From the NCBI GenBank assembly GCA_902537725.1, contig CACBCD010000002.1, positions 3,920 to 67,919 of the forward strand: a stretch of DNA of 64,000 nucleotides. Reading direction: 5' to 3'. The notes below the pieces were generated by a model. That model searched no databases and was not told the DNA's origin. It was given only the letters and a program-made list of their open reading frames with translations. This document shows, piece after piece, positions 21,090 to 34,290 of this stretch. Source of the stretch: an uncultured PS1 clade bacterium (GTDB lineage: Bacteria; Pseudomonadota; Alphaproteobacteria; MED-G09). Each line of letters begins with the position of its first letter. Within the stretch, counting starts at the first letter, position 1. A program made the position numbers and the translations under genes.

Positions 21090-22643
21090 CTATATATTAA
21101 TCAATAAGATAGTGAAGATAACTGCTATTATTATTAATACATTTTTTGAAGAAAATATTTTAGCACTCTTGTCTTTTTTTATTAGCATTATACTATTTTC
21201 ATCTATTTTTAGTCCATCTTTACCGAATGCATCTTTTATTTTTTTAAAATCTTTTTTTGTTTTTTCTATTTCATTAATAATTGATAAATATATTTCTTTT
21301 GGATTAGGACTGTTTAAAATTTTATCAAATGGTAATTTTGAAAATGTAAGAAGTTTAATATTTTCTAAATCCTTTAAAATTGGCTCTGAAAGAGTCCAAA
21401 TATTTAGTTTTGGATTAAACTCTCTAGCTACACCCTCTGTCACAACCATTGTTTTCTGAAGTAGTAAAAGTTGAGGTTGAGTTTTCATTTCAAATTGATT
21501 TGTGATTTCAAAAAGTTGAGACAACAAATGCCCCATTGATATTTTATCAGAATCCTGCCCCATTATTGGTTCACCAATTGATCTTAGCGCTTGTGCGAAT
21601 TTATCCTTATCCTGGTTTTTTGGAACATAGCCTGCTTCAAAATGAATATCTGCTATTTTCTTATAATCTTTATTAATAAATCCGCTTAAAATTTCTAAAA
21701 GATATCTTCGACTATCGATACTTAATCTTCCCATTATACCAAAATCTACTGGAATAACCTTTGAGTCCTCTCTTATAAATAAATTACCCTGGTGCATATC
21801 AGCATGAAAAAAACCATCTCTAATTGCCAAAACTAAGAATGTTTTCATAATATTTTCAGCTATATCTTCAAAATTTATTTTAGTTTTCTTTAATTTTTGA
21901 ATATCTTTTGATGAATAAGCATCAACCCATTCGGTAGTAAGGATATTCTTGGTGGTCAATTCCCAATATATTTTGGGAACTTCAATAAAATCATCATTTT
22001 CAGTATTTTCAATGATTTCAGATTGTGCCGCTCCTTCCAGCCTGAGATCTACTTCCATAAATAGACTTTCTTCGAGTGTCTTTACAATTTCAACAGCTCT
22101 TAGCCTTCTTGCTTCACTTGATATTTTTTCCAAAAAATTAGCAGCAAAATAAAAATCTTCTAGATCTTTTTTAATTCTATTTAAAATATTTGGACGTAAA
22201 ATCTTTAGGGCAACATATTTTTTTTTGCCCTCTATATTAATTTGTGCCTTATGAACTTGCGCAATAGATGCAGCGGCAACAGGCTTATTAATCTCTGTAA
22301 AAATTTTCTTATAATCCTTACCAAACGATAAGGTTAGAAATTCTTCAACATACTTCTTATCAAATGCAGGAAGGTTATCTTGTAACTCTCTTAACTGATC
22401 TGAAAGTTCTTTTCCTATAACATCAGGTCTCGTAGATAGGAATTGACCCATTTTTATCCATGTAGGGCCTAATTTTTGGAGAGACTCAGACAAATTACTA
22501 TCATTTCTACTTATAATAAAATTTAAAATTTTCTCTATTATCTTCGGAAAGGATTGGATTATTTCTCTCGGTATTAGATCTTTTTGAGTTGAAAGAATAA
22601 AAAAACCTTTTAATAAACGTAATATTTTAAAAATAGGAAACAA
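21090..22643 (-). CDS. ubiB: Ubiquinone biosynthesis regulatory kinase-like protein UbiB (ABC1 family)
   Basis: ABC1/ADCK motifs (AAASIAQVH, ALKILRP, FFHADMHQGN) and a C-terminal TM helix. Immediately downstream of ubiE. Confidence 0.92.
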   Translation of the reverse strand: MFPIFKILRLLKGFFILSTQKDLIPREIIQSFPKIIEKILNFIISRNDSNLSESLQKLGPTWIKMGQFLSTRPDVIGKELSDQLRELQDNLPAFDKKYVEEFLTLSFGKDYKKIFTEINKPVAAASIAQVHKAQINIEGKKKYVALKILRPNILNRIKKDLEDFYFAANFLEKISSEARRLRAVEIVKTLEESLFMEVDLRLEGAAQSEIIENTENDDFIEVPKIYWELTTKNILTTEWVDAYSSKDIQKLKKTKINFEDIAENIMKTFLVLAIRDGFFHADMHQGNLFIREDSKVIPVDFGIMGRLSIDSRRYLLEILSGFINKDYKKIADIHFEAGYVPKNQDKDKFAQALRSIGEPIMGQDSDKISMGHLLSQLFEITNQFEMKTQPQLLLLQKTMVVTEGVAREFNPKLNIWTLSEPILKDLENIKLLTFSKLPFDKILNSPNPKEIYLSIINEIEKTKKDFKKIKDAFGKDGLKIDENSIMLIKKDKSAKIFSSKNVLIIIAVIFTILLINI

Positions 22644-23381
22644 CTATTCTTTTTCCCCCCTGTAAATACAAACTATATTGCCTGTTAGTTGGCGAATTGA
22701 TGTATTTATAAATCCAGCATCCCTAACCATTTCATTAAACTCTTCATTTGAAGGAAATGTTCTTATACTATCAATAAGATATTTGTATGGTTTTTCTTCA
22801 CCAACAATTAATTTGCCAAATTTTGGAATTACTCCATAGGACCAAGCATCATAAAGGTTTCTTAAAATAATATCTTTTGGCAAAGAAAATTCTAAACAAG
22901 CAAAAATTCCACCCGGCTTTAGTATTCTATGGCACTCTTGGAGGCATTTTTCTCTATCGGTCATATTTCTTATTCCAAAGGAAACCGTTACAACATCTGC
23001 ATAATTATCTGTTATTGAAATGGATTCACCTGAAGAACAAATAAAATCAATATTATCCTGACTTTTAAAAGAGTTTTTCCCCTCTTTAAGCATTTCTTGA
23101 TTAATATCAATTACTTTAATTGAAGTATTTTTTTTATATTTTAATAGAATTCTTTTTGCAATATCACCTGTTCCACCAGCGAGATCTAAGAAGATTAAAT
23201 TTTCATCTTTACTAGGATTTATTGATTCAATAAATTCTTTTTTCCACAACCTTTGCATACCAAGTGACATAACATCATTCATGAGGTCGTATTTGTTTGC
23301 TACTTTATTAAAGACATCCTTTACTTTAGAAGAATGTTCTTCTTTATTATATTTTTTGAAACCGAAATCACTTTCTTTCAT
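22644..23381 (-). CDS. ubiE: Ubiquinone/menaquinone biosynthesis C-methyltransferase
   Basis: YDLMNDVMSLGMQRLWK and DLAGGTGD motifs. Confidence 0.92.
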   Translation of the reverse strand: MKESDFGFKKYNKEEHSSKVKDVFNKVANKYDLMNDVMSLGMQRLWKKEFIESINPSKDENLIFLDLAGGTGDIAKRILLKYKKNTSIKVIDINQEMLKEGKNSFKSQDNIDFICSSGESISITDNYADVVTVSFGIRNMTDREKCLQECHRILKPGGIFACLEFSLPKDIILRNLYDAWSYGVIPKFGKLIVGEEKPYKYLIDSIRTFPSNEEFNEMVRDAGFINTSIRQLTGNIVCIYRGEKE

Positions 23382-23451
23382 TGCAATGTTGACCTTTCTA
23401 AGAGAACATAAACTTAAGTTTTATTCTTACCATCATGGAGTTTAAATTAAA

Positions 23452-24303
23452 ATGCCTGAGTTACCAGAGGTAGAAACAGTTAAAAGAGGTTTAGAGGAAT
23501 TTATAATTAATGAGACCATAAGGAAAGTATATTTATCAGAATTAAAACTGCGTTTTCCTTGGCCGAAGAATTTTATTTCTGAAGTTGTTGGCAAGAAGAT
23601 CGTTTCGATTAAAAGAAAGGCAAAATATATAATTATTAGTTTAAATCAAGGTTACTCAATCATTGCTCATTTAGGGATGTCAGGTAGTTACAAAGTTTTA
23701 AAAAAAAATGTACCTCAAGATTATAAAAGATTAAAACATGACCATCTAGTAATCGAATTAGATAACTTTATTTTAGTTTACAATGATCCAAGGAGGTTTG
23801 GCTATATTGACCTTACAAATAAGGAACCAGAAAAACATAAATTTTTATCTTTATTGGGCCCTGAGCCTTTGAGTAATTCTTTCAATGAAAACGATCTTGC
23901 TGAGAGTTTATTAAATAAAAATAAGTCAATAAAAAATACACTTTTAGACCAAAGAATTGTTTCAGGTTTAGGTAATATATATGTTTGCGAGGCGCTTTTT
24001 AGATCAAAAATTAATCCAAAGAAAAATTGCTCTAAACTTATAACTTCAAAAGGCAAACCCAGAGAAAAATTAATTATATTAGTTAATAAAATTAATGAAG
24101 TTATAAAAGAAGCGATAGATGTTGGCGGATCAACCTTAAAAGATTTCTCAAGTACCGATGGTAAAATGGGATATTTTCAGACCTCTTTTAATGTTTATGA
24201 CCGAGAAGGTGAAAAATGCTTATTAGATGATTGTGGTGGCGTCATTAAAAGAGTTGTTCAATCAGGTAGATCGACTTTTTTTTGTTCAAATTGTCAAAAG
24301 TAA
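23452..24303 (+). CDS. mutM: Formamidopyrimidine-DNA glycosylase
   Basis: N-terminal PELPEVE, H2TH region, and C-terminal zinc finger CxxC...CSNCQK. Confidence 0.93.
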   Translation: MPELPEVETVKRGLEEFIINETIRKVYLSELKLRFPWPKNFISEVVGKKIVSIKRKAKYIIISLNQGYSIIAHLGMSGSYKVLKKNVPQDYKRLKHDHLVIELDNFILVYNDPRRFGYIDLTNKEPEKHKFLSLLGPEPLSNSFNENDLAESLLNKNKSIKNTLLDQRIVSGLGNIYVCEALFRSKINPKKNCSKLITSKGKPREKLIILVNKINEVIKEAIDVGGSTLKDFSSTDGKMGYFQTSFNVYDREGEKCLLDDCGGVIKRVVQSGRSTFFCSNCQK

Positions 24304-24386
24304 TTTCTTATTAATAAAATTTAATTGAATTTTAATGGTTACTTGGACTATATGAATATAGTCTTGGAAAAAATTTAGGAGTTTAT

Positions 24387-25163
24387 ATGTCTTATGAAAA
24401 TATAATCGTTGAAAAAAGTGATGAAATTATAACTGTATCACTGAACAGACCAGATGCCTTAAATGCCTTAAACGATCAGCTTATGGATGAATTATTGTCA
24501 GAAGTTGATAGTTATGAAAAAGATGACTCACTTCGTTGCATGATTCTAACAGGGTCAGAAAAAGCATTTGCTGCAGGCGCAGATATTAAACAAATGCAAC
24601 TTAAGACATATATGGATGTTTACAAGGAAGACTTTATTACAAAAAATTGGGAAAGAGTTTCAAGTTGCAGGAAACCCATAATTGCTGCTGTTTCCGGATA
24701 TGCTCTTGGTGGCGGTTGCGAGTTAGCTATGATGTGTGATTTTATTTTGGCATCTGAGAGTGCTAAATTTGGTCAGCCTGAGATTAATTTAGGTGTAAGC
24801 CCAGGTGCCGGCGGTAGTCAGAGATTAACAAGATTTGTTGGCAAGTCTAAATCAATGGATATGTGTCTTACCGGAAGAATGATGGATGCTAATGAGGCAG
24901 AAAGAAGTGGACTTGTAAGCAGAGTATTTCCCTCAGAGAATTTTTTAGCAGATGTTATGGAGGTCGCAAAGGCTATTGCCGACAAATCAATGATTGCAAC
25001 AATGATGACAAAAGAAATGGTCAATCGTTCTTATGAAACTACTTTATCAGAAGGTATTAGGTTTGAGAGAAGATTATTTCATTCTATGTTCGCTACAGAA
25101 GATAAAAAAGAGGGAATGTCTGCGTTTATTGAGAAAAGAAAAGCTGATTTTAAAGATAAATAA
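24387..25163 (+). CDS. Enoyl-CoA hydratase (crotonase family)
   Basis: Crotonase fold with FAAGADI, GYALGGGCELAMMCD and EINLGVSPGAGGSQRL. Confidence 0.9.
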   Translation: MSYENIIVEKSDEIITVSLNRPDALNALNDQLMDELLSEVDSYEKDDSLRCMILTGSEKAFAAGADIKQMQLKTYMDVYKEDFITKNWERVSSCRKPIIAAVSGYALGGGCELAMMCDFILASESAKFGQPEINLGVSPGAGGSQRLTRFVGKSKSMDMCLTGRMMDANEAERSGLVSRVFPSENFLADVMEVAKAIADKSMIATMMTKEMVNRSYETTLSEGIRFERRLFHSMFATEDKKEGMSAFIEKRKADFKDK

Positions 25164-25184
25164 GGTTTATATGAATTCTTATGC

Positions 25185-25213
25185 TTGACGAAGTACTTCT
25201 ATACAAATATAAC
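25185..25213 (+). promoter_or_regulatory. Sigma-70-like promoter candidate for rpsT
   Basis: TTGACG (25185-25190), 17-nt spacer, TATAAC (25208-25213), 31 nt upstream of the rpsT ATG. AT-rich background makes chance matches common. Confidence 0.3.
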
Positions 25214-25244
25214 GCCATTTCAAACATTTTTAAGAGGTAATTAA

Positions 25245-25508
25245 ATGGCAAATTTATCATCATCAAAAAAGATGGTTAGAAAAATTGCTACAAGAACAGC
25301 AAGAAACAAATCTCATGTTACTAATATGAGAACACTAATAAAAAAGGTTGAGGAAGCTGTTGCCTCTGGAAACGCAGAGGAAGCAAAGATAGCTCTTAAA
25401 AATGCTCAACCTAAAATTATGAAAGTTGCACAGAAAGGTATTCTTCATAAGAACACTGCAGCCAGAAAAGTTTCTAGACTTGCAAAAAAAGTTAAAAATA
25501 TTTCATAA
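25245..25508 (+). CDS. rpsT: 30S ribosomal protein S20
   Basis: [13 protein letters not shown]...RNKS pattern, 87 aa, upstream of dnaA as in alphaproteobacteria. Confidence 0.93.
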   Translation: MANLSSSKKMVRKIATRTARNKSHVTNMRTLIKKVEEAVASGNAEEAKIALKNAQPKIMKVAQKGILHKNTAARKVSRLAKKVKNIS

Positions 25509-25694
25509 TTTTTTTAAAGATTCATTAATTACCCTATTGCATCATTTATGATTCACCTCTAACGTATTTTTTGAGGATTTTCTTTTTTATAGAATTTATC
25601 TTATTTCAGAGCCTGTAAATTTTATTTTTCTTGCTCACAATAATAGCTGTTTATTTAGTTAAGTAGCTAATTTGATTTTTTGAGGGTGTTCTTA

Positions 25695-27113
25695 GTGAGC
25701 GAAAAAAATTCTAAAACTGTCGATATAAAAAGCTCCTGGGATAGGACTTTGTCAGTTTTACGAGCAGAGCTTGGTGAAGCAACTTTCAGAAGCTGGTTTA
25801 AACATATTGAGTTTGGCGAATTAACTGAAAAAAAATTAGTCTTGTATGTTCCAACTAAATTTATGAAAGATTGGATACATACTCATTATTCAGATAGAAT
25901 TTTAACTATTTTAAAAAACGATAATATTCCGGTTTCATCTATATTTTTCGAATTACAAAAGTTCAAAACCACAAAAGAATCACTAAACAATAACTTAGAA
26001 AAAACAACCACATCTTCAAAACCTTCAATCCATACAAAATATTCTTCTGATGAGAGCGGTGACCATAATAGCATGCTAGGTGCCCCTCTTGATTCTAATT
26101 TATCATTTGATAATTTTGTCGTTGGTGGGTCTAACGAACTTGCTTATGCAGCAGCAAAGAGAATTACTGAAGTTGAGAGGGTCTCTTTTAATCCTCTTTT
26201 TCTATATGGCGGTGTGGGCCTAGGCAAAACTCATTTGATGCATGCAATGGCTCTTGAAATTAAGAAAAATTGGCCTGAAAGAAAAGTTCTATATTTATCA
26301 GCAGAGAAATTTATGTATCAGTTTATTAAGGCATTAAGGTTTAAAGATACAATGTCTTTTAAACAGCAATTTAGATCAGTTGATGTTTTGATGGTTGATG
26401 ATATTCAATTTATTGCTGGTAAAGACTCAACTCAGGAAGAGTTCTTCCATACTTTTAATACATTGATTGATCATAACCATCAGGTTGTTATTTCTGCAGA
26501 TAGATCTCCTGTTGATCTTGATGGGATAGAGGAAAGAATAAGATCAAGACTAGGTTGGGGATTAGTAACAGATATTCATGCTTCTGATTATGAATTGAGA
26601 CTTGGAGTTTTACAAACAAAGGCCAAAAAGCATGTTGAAGATAATCCTGAAATTATTATTAAAGATAATATTTTAGAATTTTTAGCTCAAAGAATTGATT
26701 CCAACATTAGGGTTTTGGAAGGAGCTTTAAACAGAGTGATAGCATATTCATCCTTTGTAAATAAGCCCTTAACAATTGAGATGGCGCAAGAGGTGCTTAA
26801 GGATTTAATAAGAGCCTCACAAAGAAAAATAACTATAGATGATATTCAAAGGAAAGTTGCAGATTATTATAATATTAGATTATCTGATTTACTTTCAGCA
26901 AGAAGATCACGAACAATAGCTAGGCCTAGACAGGTTGCCATGTATTTATCAAAAATTTTAACGACAAGATCTCTTCCTGAAATTGGTAGAAAATTTGGTG
27001 GCCGTGATCACACTACTGTCATTCATGCAGTTAAGAGAATTGAAAGTTTACAAGATTCAGATAACGCGATTCAGGAAGAAGTAGAGGTCCTTTCAAGGGC
27101 TCTTGAAAATTAA
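25695..27113 (+). CDS. dnaA: Chromosomal replication initiator DnaA
   Basis: AAA+ Walker A GGVGLGKTHL, box VII, and C-terminal DNA-binding GGRDHTTVIHA. The listed ORF starts at TTG 25680, but GAGGG sits 8 nt before GTG 25695, so I prefer 25695. Confidence 0.94.
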   Translation: MSEKNSKTVDIKSSWDRTLSVLRAELGEATFRSWFKHIEFGELTEKKLVLYVPTKFMKDWIHTHYSDRILTILKNDNIPVSSIFFELQKFKTTKESLNNNLEKTTTSSKPSIHTKYSSDESGDHNSMLGAPLDSNLSFDNFVVGGSNELAYAAAKRITEVERVSFNPLFLYGGVGLGKTHLMHAMALEIKKNWPERKVLYLSAEKFMYQFIKALRFKDTMSFKQQFRSVDVLMVDDIQFIAGKDSTQEEFFHTFNTLIDHNHQVVISADRSPVDLDGIEERIRSRLGWGLVTDIHASDYELRLGVLQTKAKKHVEDNPEIIIKDNILEFLAQRIDSNIRVLEGALNRVIAYSSFVNKPLTIEMAQEVLKDLIRASQRKITIDDIQRKVADYYNIRLSDLLSARRSRTIARPRQVAMYLSKILTTRSLPEIGRKFGGRDHTTVIHAVKRIESLQDSDNAIQEEVEVLSRALEN

Positions 27114-27218
27114 TTCCTAAGTGATTTTTCTTAAAATTCTGCTATAATTAGGAAAATGATTCGTTTGTATGTTAACGCATTTTTTATGTATAAATAATAC
27201 TTAATTATAGGAGTTTTT

Positions 27219-28322
27219 ATGAAGATATCAATTGATAGAGGTATACTTCTCAAAGCTCTTAATCATGTCCAAAGTGTTGTTGAGAGACGTAATACTATAC
27301 CAATTTTATCAAATGTTAAGATTGATGCTAATGAAAAGAATATTTCTCTTATTGCAACTGATTTAGATTTAGAAATTATTGAATTTATTGATGCCAATGT
27401 TTCTGTTTCAGGTTCGACGACTGTCTCTGCTCATACACTTTATGATATAGTTAGAAAAATTCCAGAAGAGTCAATGATAGAAATGGAACTAAATAGTAAT
27501 GATCAAATGGAAATAAAGTCAGGACAATCTAATTTTGATTTACCCTGCTTACCTGATGAAGATTTTCCTGAAATGTCGTCTGGAGAAATGCCATGTGGTT
27601 TTAGTATCGAGTCAAGTGACTTAGCAAGGCTCATTGATAAAGCAAGATTTGCAATCTCAACAGAAGAAACAAGATATTACTTAAATGGAATTTTTCTTCA
27701 TTCAGTTGAAAATGAGTTAAGATCAGTAGCAACAGATGGTCATAGATTAGCATGTATTAAATCAGATTTACCTGCTGGTGCAGAGGATATACCTAGTATT
27801 ATTATTCCAAGAAAAACTGTTGGAGAAGTTAGAAAGTTAATTGAGGACTCTTCTGGAACCCTTGAAATAAAAGTTTCTGATACAAAAATACAATTCAATT
27901 TTAATGATATTCAATTAACCTCTAAATTAATCGATGGAACCTTTCCCGATTATGAAAGAGTTATTCCTAAAAATAATGATAAAGAGCTATTAATTGAAAC
28001 TAGAGTTTTTGCCTCCTCAATTGATAGAGTGGCAACAATATCTTCCGATAAATCAAAAGCAGTAAAATTTCTTTTAAAAGATGGGGCGTTAACACTTACA
28101 GTGGTTAATCCCGAAGCAGGTAAGGCAATTGAGACAACTCCTGTTGATTATAATTATGAAGAATTAGAAATTGGTTTTAATGCAAGATACTTATTAGATA
28201 TTGCTGGTCAAATTGATGGCTCGAATATCTTGTTTGCTTTAGAAGGATCTGGTTCTCCTGCTTTAATAGCTGATTCAGATGATAGTCAAGCAACTTATGT
28301 ACTTATGCCGATGAGAGTTTAA
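27219..28322 (+). CDS. dnaN: DNA polymerase III beta sliding clamp
   Basis: Three-domain clamp pattern (RNTIPILSNVKI, ATDGHRLA, LIDGTFPDYERVIP, LMPMRV C-terminus). Confidence 0.95.
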   Translation: MKISIDRGILLKALNHVQSVVERRNTIPILSNVKIDANEKNISLIATDLDLEIIEFIDANVSVSGSTTVSAHTLYDIVRKIPEESMIEMELNSNDQMEIKSGQSNFDLPCLPDEDFPEMSSGEMPCGFSIESSDLARLIDKARFAISTEETRYYLNGIFLHSVENELRSVATDGHRLACIKSDLPAGAEDIPSIIIPRKTVGEVRKLIEDSSGTLEIKVSDTKIQFNFNDIQLTSKLIDGTFPDYERVIPKNNDKELLIETRVFASSIDRVATISSDKSKAVKFLLKDGALTLTVVNPEAGKAIETTPVDYNYEELEIGFNARYLLDIAGQIDGSNILFALEGSGSPALIADSDDSQATYVLMPMRV

Positions 28323-28341
28323 GTTTTATGGATATTTTTAA

Positions 28342-32575
<4,234 letters not shown>

Positions 32576-32635
32576 GAATAGCTTGTATATTAATTATTAA
32601 TCTGTTGCTATAATTTTATAAGGATATTTTATTTT

Positions 32636-33238
32636 ATGATCAATAATTTGTTTAAATTTGAAATTATTTATAGAAAACAATTTTTTTTCTTTTTTTCTTT
32701 TCTTTTTCTTTTTTCTTCAATTGAATGTATGGCTCAATCAAGTACCAGAAGTCCTTTCAAGGAAGGGTTGGTCGTTACCGCTGTAAAGTCAGGAAATATG
32801 TCAGACTTATTACACTCAATTCAGGTAGGTGGATCGCCAAGTGAGCTTGATTTTGATGAAGTACCCGCTCTTTTATTGGCTGTAGATAGAGGTAGACCTG
32901 ATATGGTCATATTTTTATTACAAAAAGGTGCAAGAGTTGATCAAAGAGATGATGATAAAAGAACAGCCTTGTCGATTGCATCGAGAAAAAATAATTTTAA
33001 TCTCATTTCAGAATTAATTAAATTTGGTGCTAATCCCGATAGAACTGGTCCCAACAAAGAGACTCCTCTAATTATAGCTTCAAGATTTGGAAATTTTGAG
33101 TCTGTTAAGGCTTTACTTGAGGGTGGAGCTTACCCGGATGACACCGATCTTACTGGAAGGACAGCTCTACAGTGGGCTAAAATCAAACATTATAAAAAAA
33201 TACAAGAAATCCTGATTGAGTATGGTTCATATGATTAA
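32636..33238 (+). CDS. Ankyrin-repeat protein, probably exported
   Basis: About four ANK repeats (PALLLAVDRGRPDMVIFLLQKGARVD, TALSIASRKNNFNLISELIKFGANPD, ETPLIIASRFGNFESVKALLEGGAYPD, RTALQWA). Phe-rich hydrophobic N-terminus ending ECMA|Q. An alternative ATG at the MAQSS position would remove the signal peptide. Confidence 0.8.
   Translation: MINNLFKFEIIYRKQFFFFFSFLFLFSSIECMAQSSTRSPFKEGLVVTAVKSGNMSDLLHSIQVGGSPSELDFDEVPALLLAVDRGRPDMVIFLLQKGARVDQRDDDKRTALSIASRKNNFNLISELIKFGANPDRTGPNKETPLIIASRFGNFESVKALLEGGAYPDDTDLTGRTALQWAKIKHYKKIQEILIEYGSYD
32681..32718 (+). repeat. 38-nt pure polypyrimidine tract T8-C-T7-C-T4-C-T5-C-T6-C-T2-C
   Basis: Read directly from the sequence. It encodes FFFFFSFLFLFSS if the ankyrin gene starts at 32636, and is 5' UTR if translation starts at the downstream ATG. 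Confidence 0.9.
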
Positions 33239-33243
33239 TAAAA

Positions 33244-34107
33244 TTAAATGATCATTCCATCAATAATTATTAATATCAAAAGCAATCCTAATTGAACGAA
33301 TGAGCCAAAGAAATTTTTCATGGCTGCTGATTTTGTTTTTTTAATTGCCAGCAGGATACTTGTCCAAATAAAATACCCACCTCCAATAAAAATTGCCAGT
33401 ATATAAAGTATACTTGAGTTATAAAGCATTAGAAGTGTTGTAACGAATACAAGTATAATTGTATGAAAGAGAATAATATAGGATGTGAGAGAATTACTTA
33501 ATATATTTGGAAGCATTGGTATTCCAGCTTTTTTATAGTCACCTCCTATGGCCATTGCAAGACTCCAGAAATGGGGCGGTGTCCATAAAAATAAAACGAC
33601 AGATAATACAACTGCTTCTGGAGTTATAATTGGACTAACTGCAGCTGATCCAGCAAGGGTTGCGAAGCTTCCTGCTAAACCTCCTATTACTATATTCCAT
33701 ATACTTTTTCTTTTGAGCCATATGGTGTAGATAGCTCCATAAAATAACGCACCAAGGAAATTATAAAAGCATGAATATGGATTGATGAGAAAGTAAGAAA
33801 TCATTAACCCAGAGAGTGTTATTGATAAAAACAAAATTGGCCATATAATATGTGGACTAAGCTCTCCTGTGACAAAAGGTCGCTTAGATGTTCTCGGCAT
33901 TAATGCATCTAAATCTCTTTCAAAGTATTGATTGAATGCACTCACACCAGCCGATGCCAAAAAAACTGAAATTGCTACAAGAAATAACTCTAAGGTATTG
34001 AGATTATTATTTGGAACAATGAAAACCCCAGAAATAGCGCATAACACGATTGTTAGGCTTATTCTTACCTTAAAAAGATTTACAAACAGTTTAAATTTTT
34101 CGAACAT
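33244..34107 (-). CDS. ctaB: Protoheme IX farnesyltransferase (heme O synthase)
   Basis: UbiA-family polytopic protein with NQYFERDLDALMPRTSKRPFVTGE motif. Adjacent to the oxidase genes. Confidence 0.9.
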   Translation of the reverse strand: MFEKFKLFVNLFKVRISLTIVLCAISGVFIVPNNNLNTLELFLVAISVFLASAGVSAFNQYFERDLDALMPRTSKRPFVTGELSPHIIWPILFLSITLSGLMISYFLINPYSCFYNFLGALFYGAIYTIWLKRKSIWNIVIGGLAGSFATLAGSAAVSPIITPEAVVLSVVLFLWTPPHFWSLAMAIGGDYKKAGIPMLPNILSNSLTSYIILFHTIILVFVTTLLMLYNSSILYILAIFIGGGYFIWTSILLAIKKTKSAAMKNFFGSFVQLGLLLILIIIDGMII

Positions 34108-34191
34108 AAAAATCTCTCTGGGTTATTATTAGAAGCTAAGATGCCCCAAAGAAATATTTAATGGAAGCATAATATTGCGACATTGTGTATC

Positions 34192-34205
34192 TTGACTTTA
34201 GTCAG
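34192..34205. promoter_or_regulatory. Candidate CRP/FNR (FixK-type) box TTGAC-TTTA-GTCAG
   Basis: 9 of 10 matches to TTGAC-N4-GTCAA. Centred about 92 bp from both the ctaB start (34107) and the oxidase subunit II start (34291). Confidence 0.35.
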
Positions 34206-34290
34206 ACAATTAGTAATTTGTGAGCAAGAAATTTACAAGGCTTAAAAAAAGGTTTTATAGTTCTATGTATCTTCAAAATGAGGTTTTTAA

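Noticed and set aside
25509-25694. Looked for a DnaA-box cluster or oriC upstream of dnaA, and also in 27114-27218.
   Set aside because: The best matches to TTATCCACA are about 6 of 9 (for example TTGCTCACA, TGAGGATTT), which is indistinguishable from background. No AT-rich 13-mer-like repeats stand out from the already AT-rich DNA.
27114-27155. TTCCTAA ... TTAGGAA inverted repeat after dnaA.
   Set aside because: The arms are only 7 bp, with a 27-nt loop and no U-tract. It is not convincing as a terminator or an operator.
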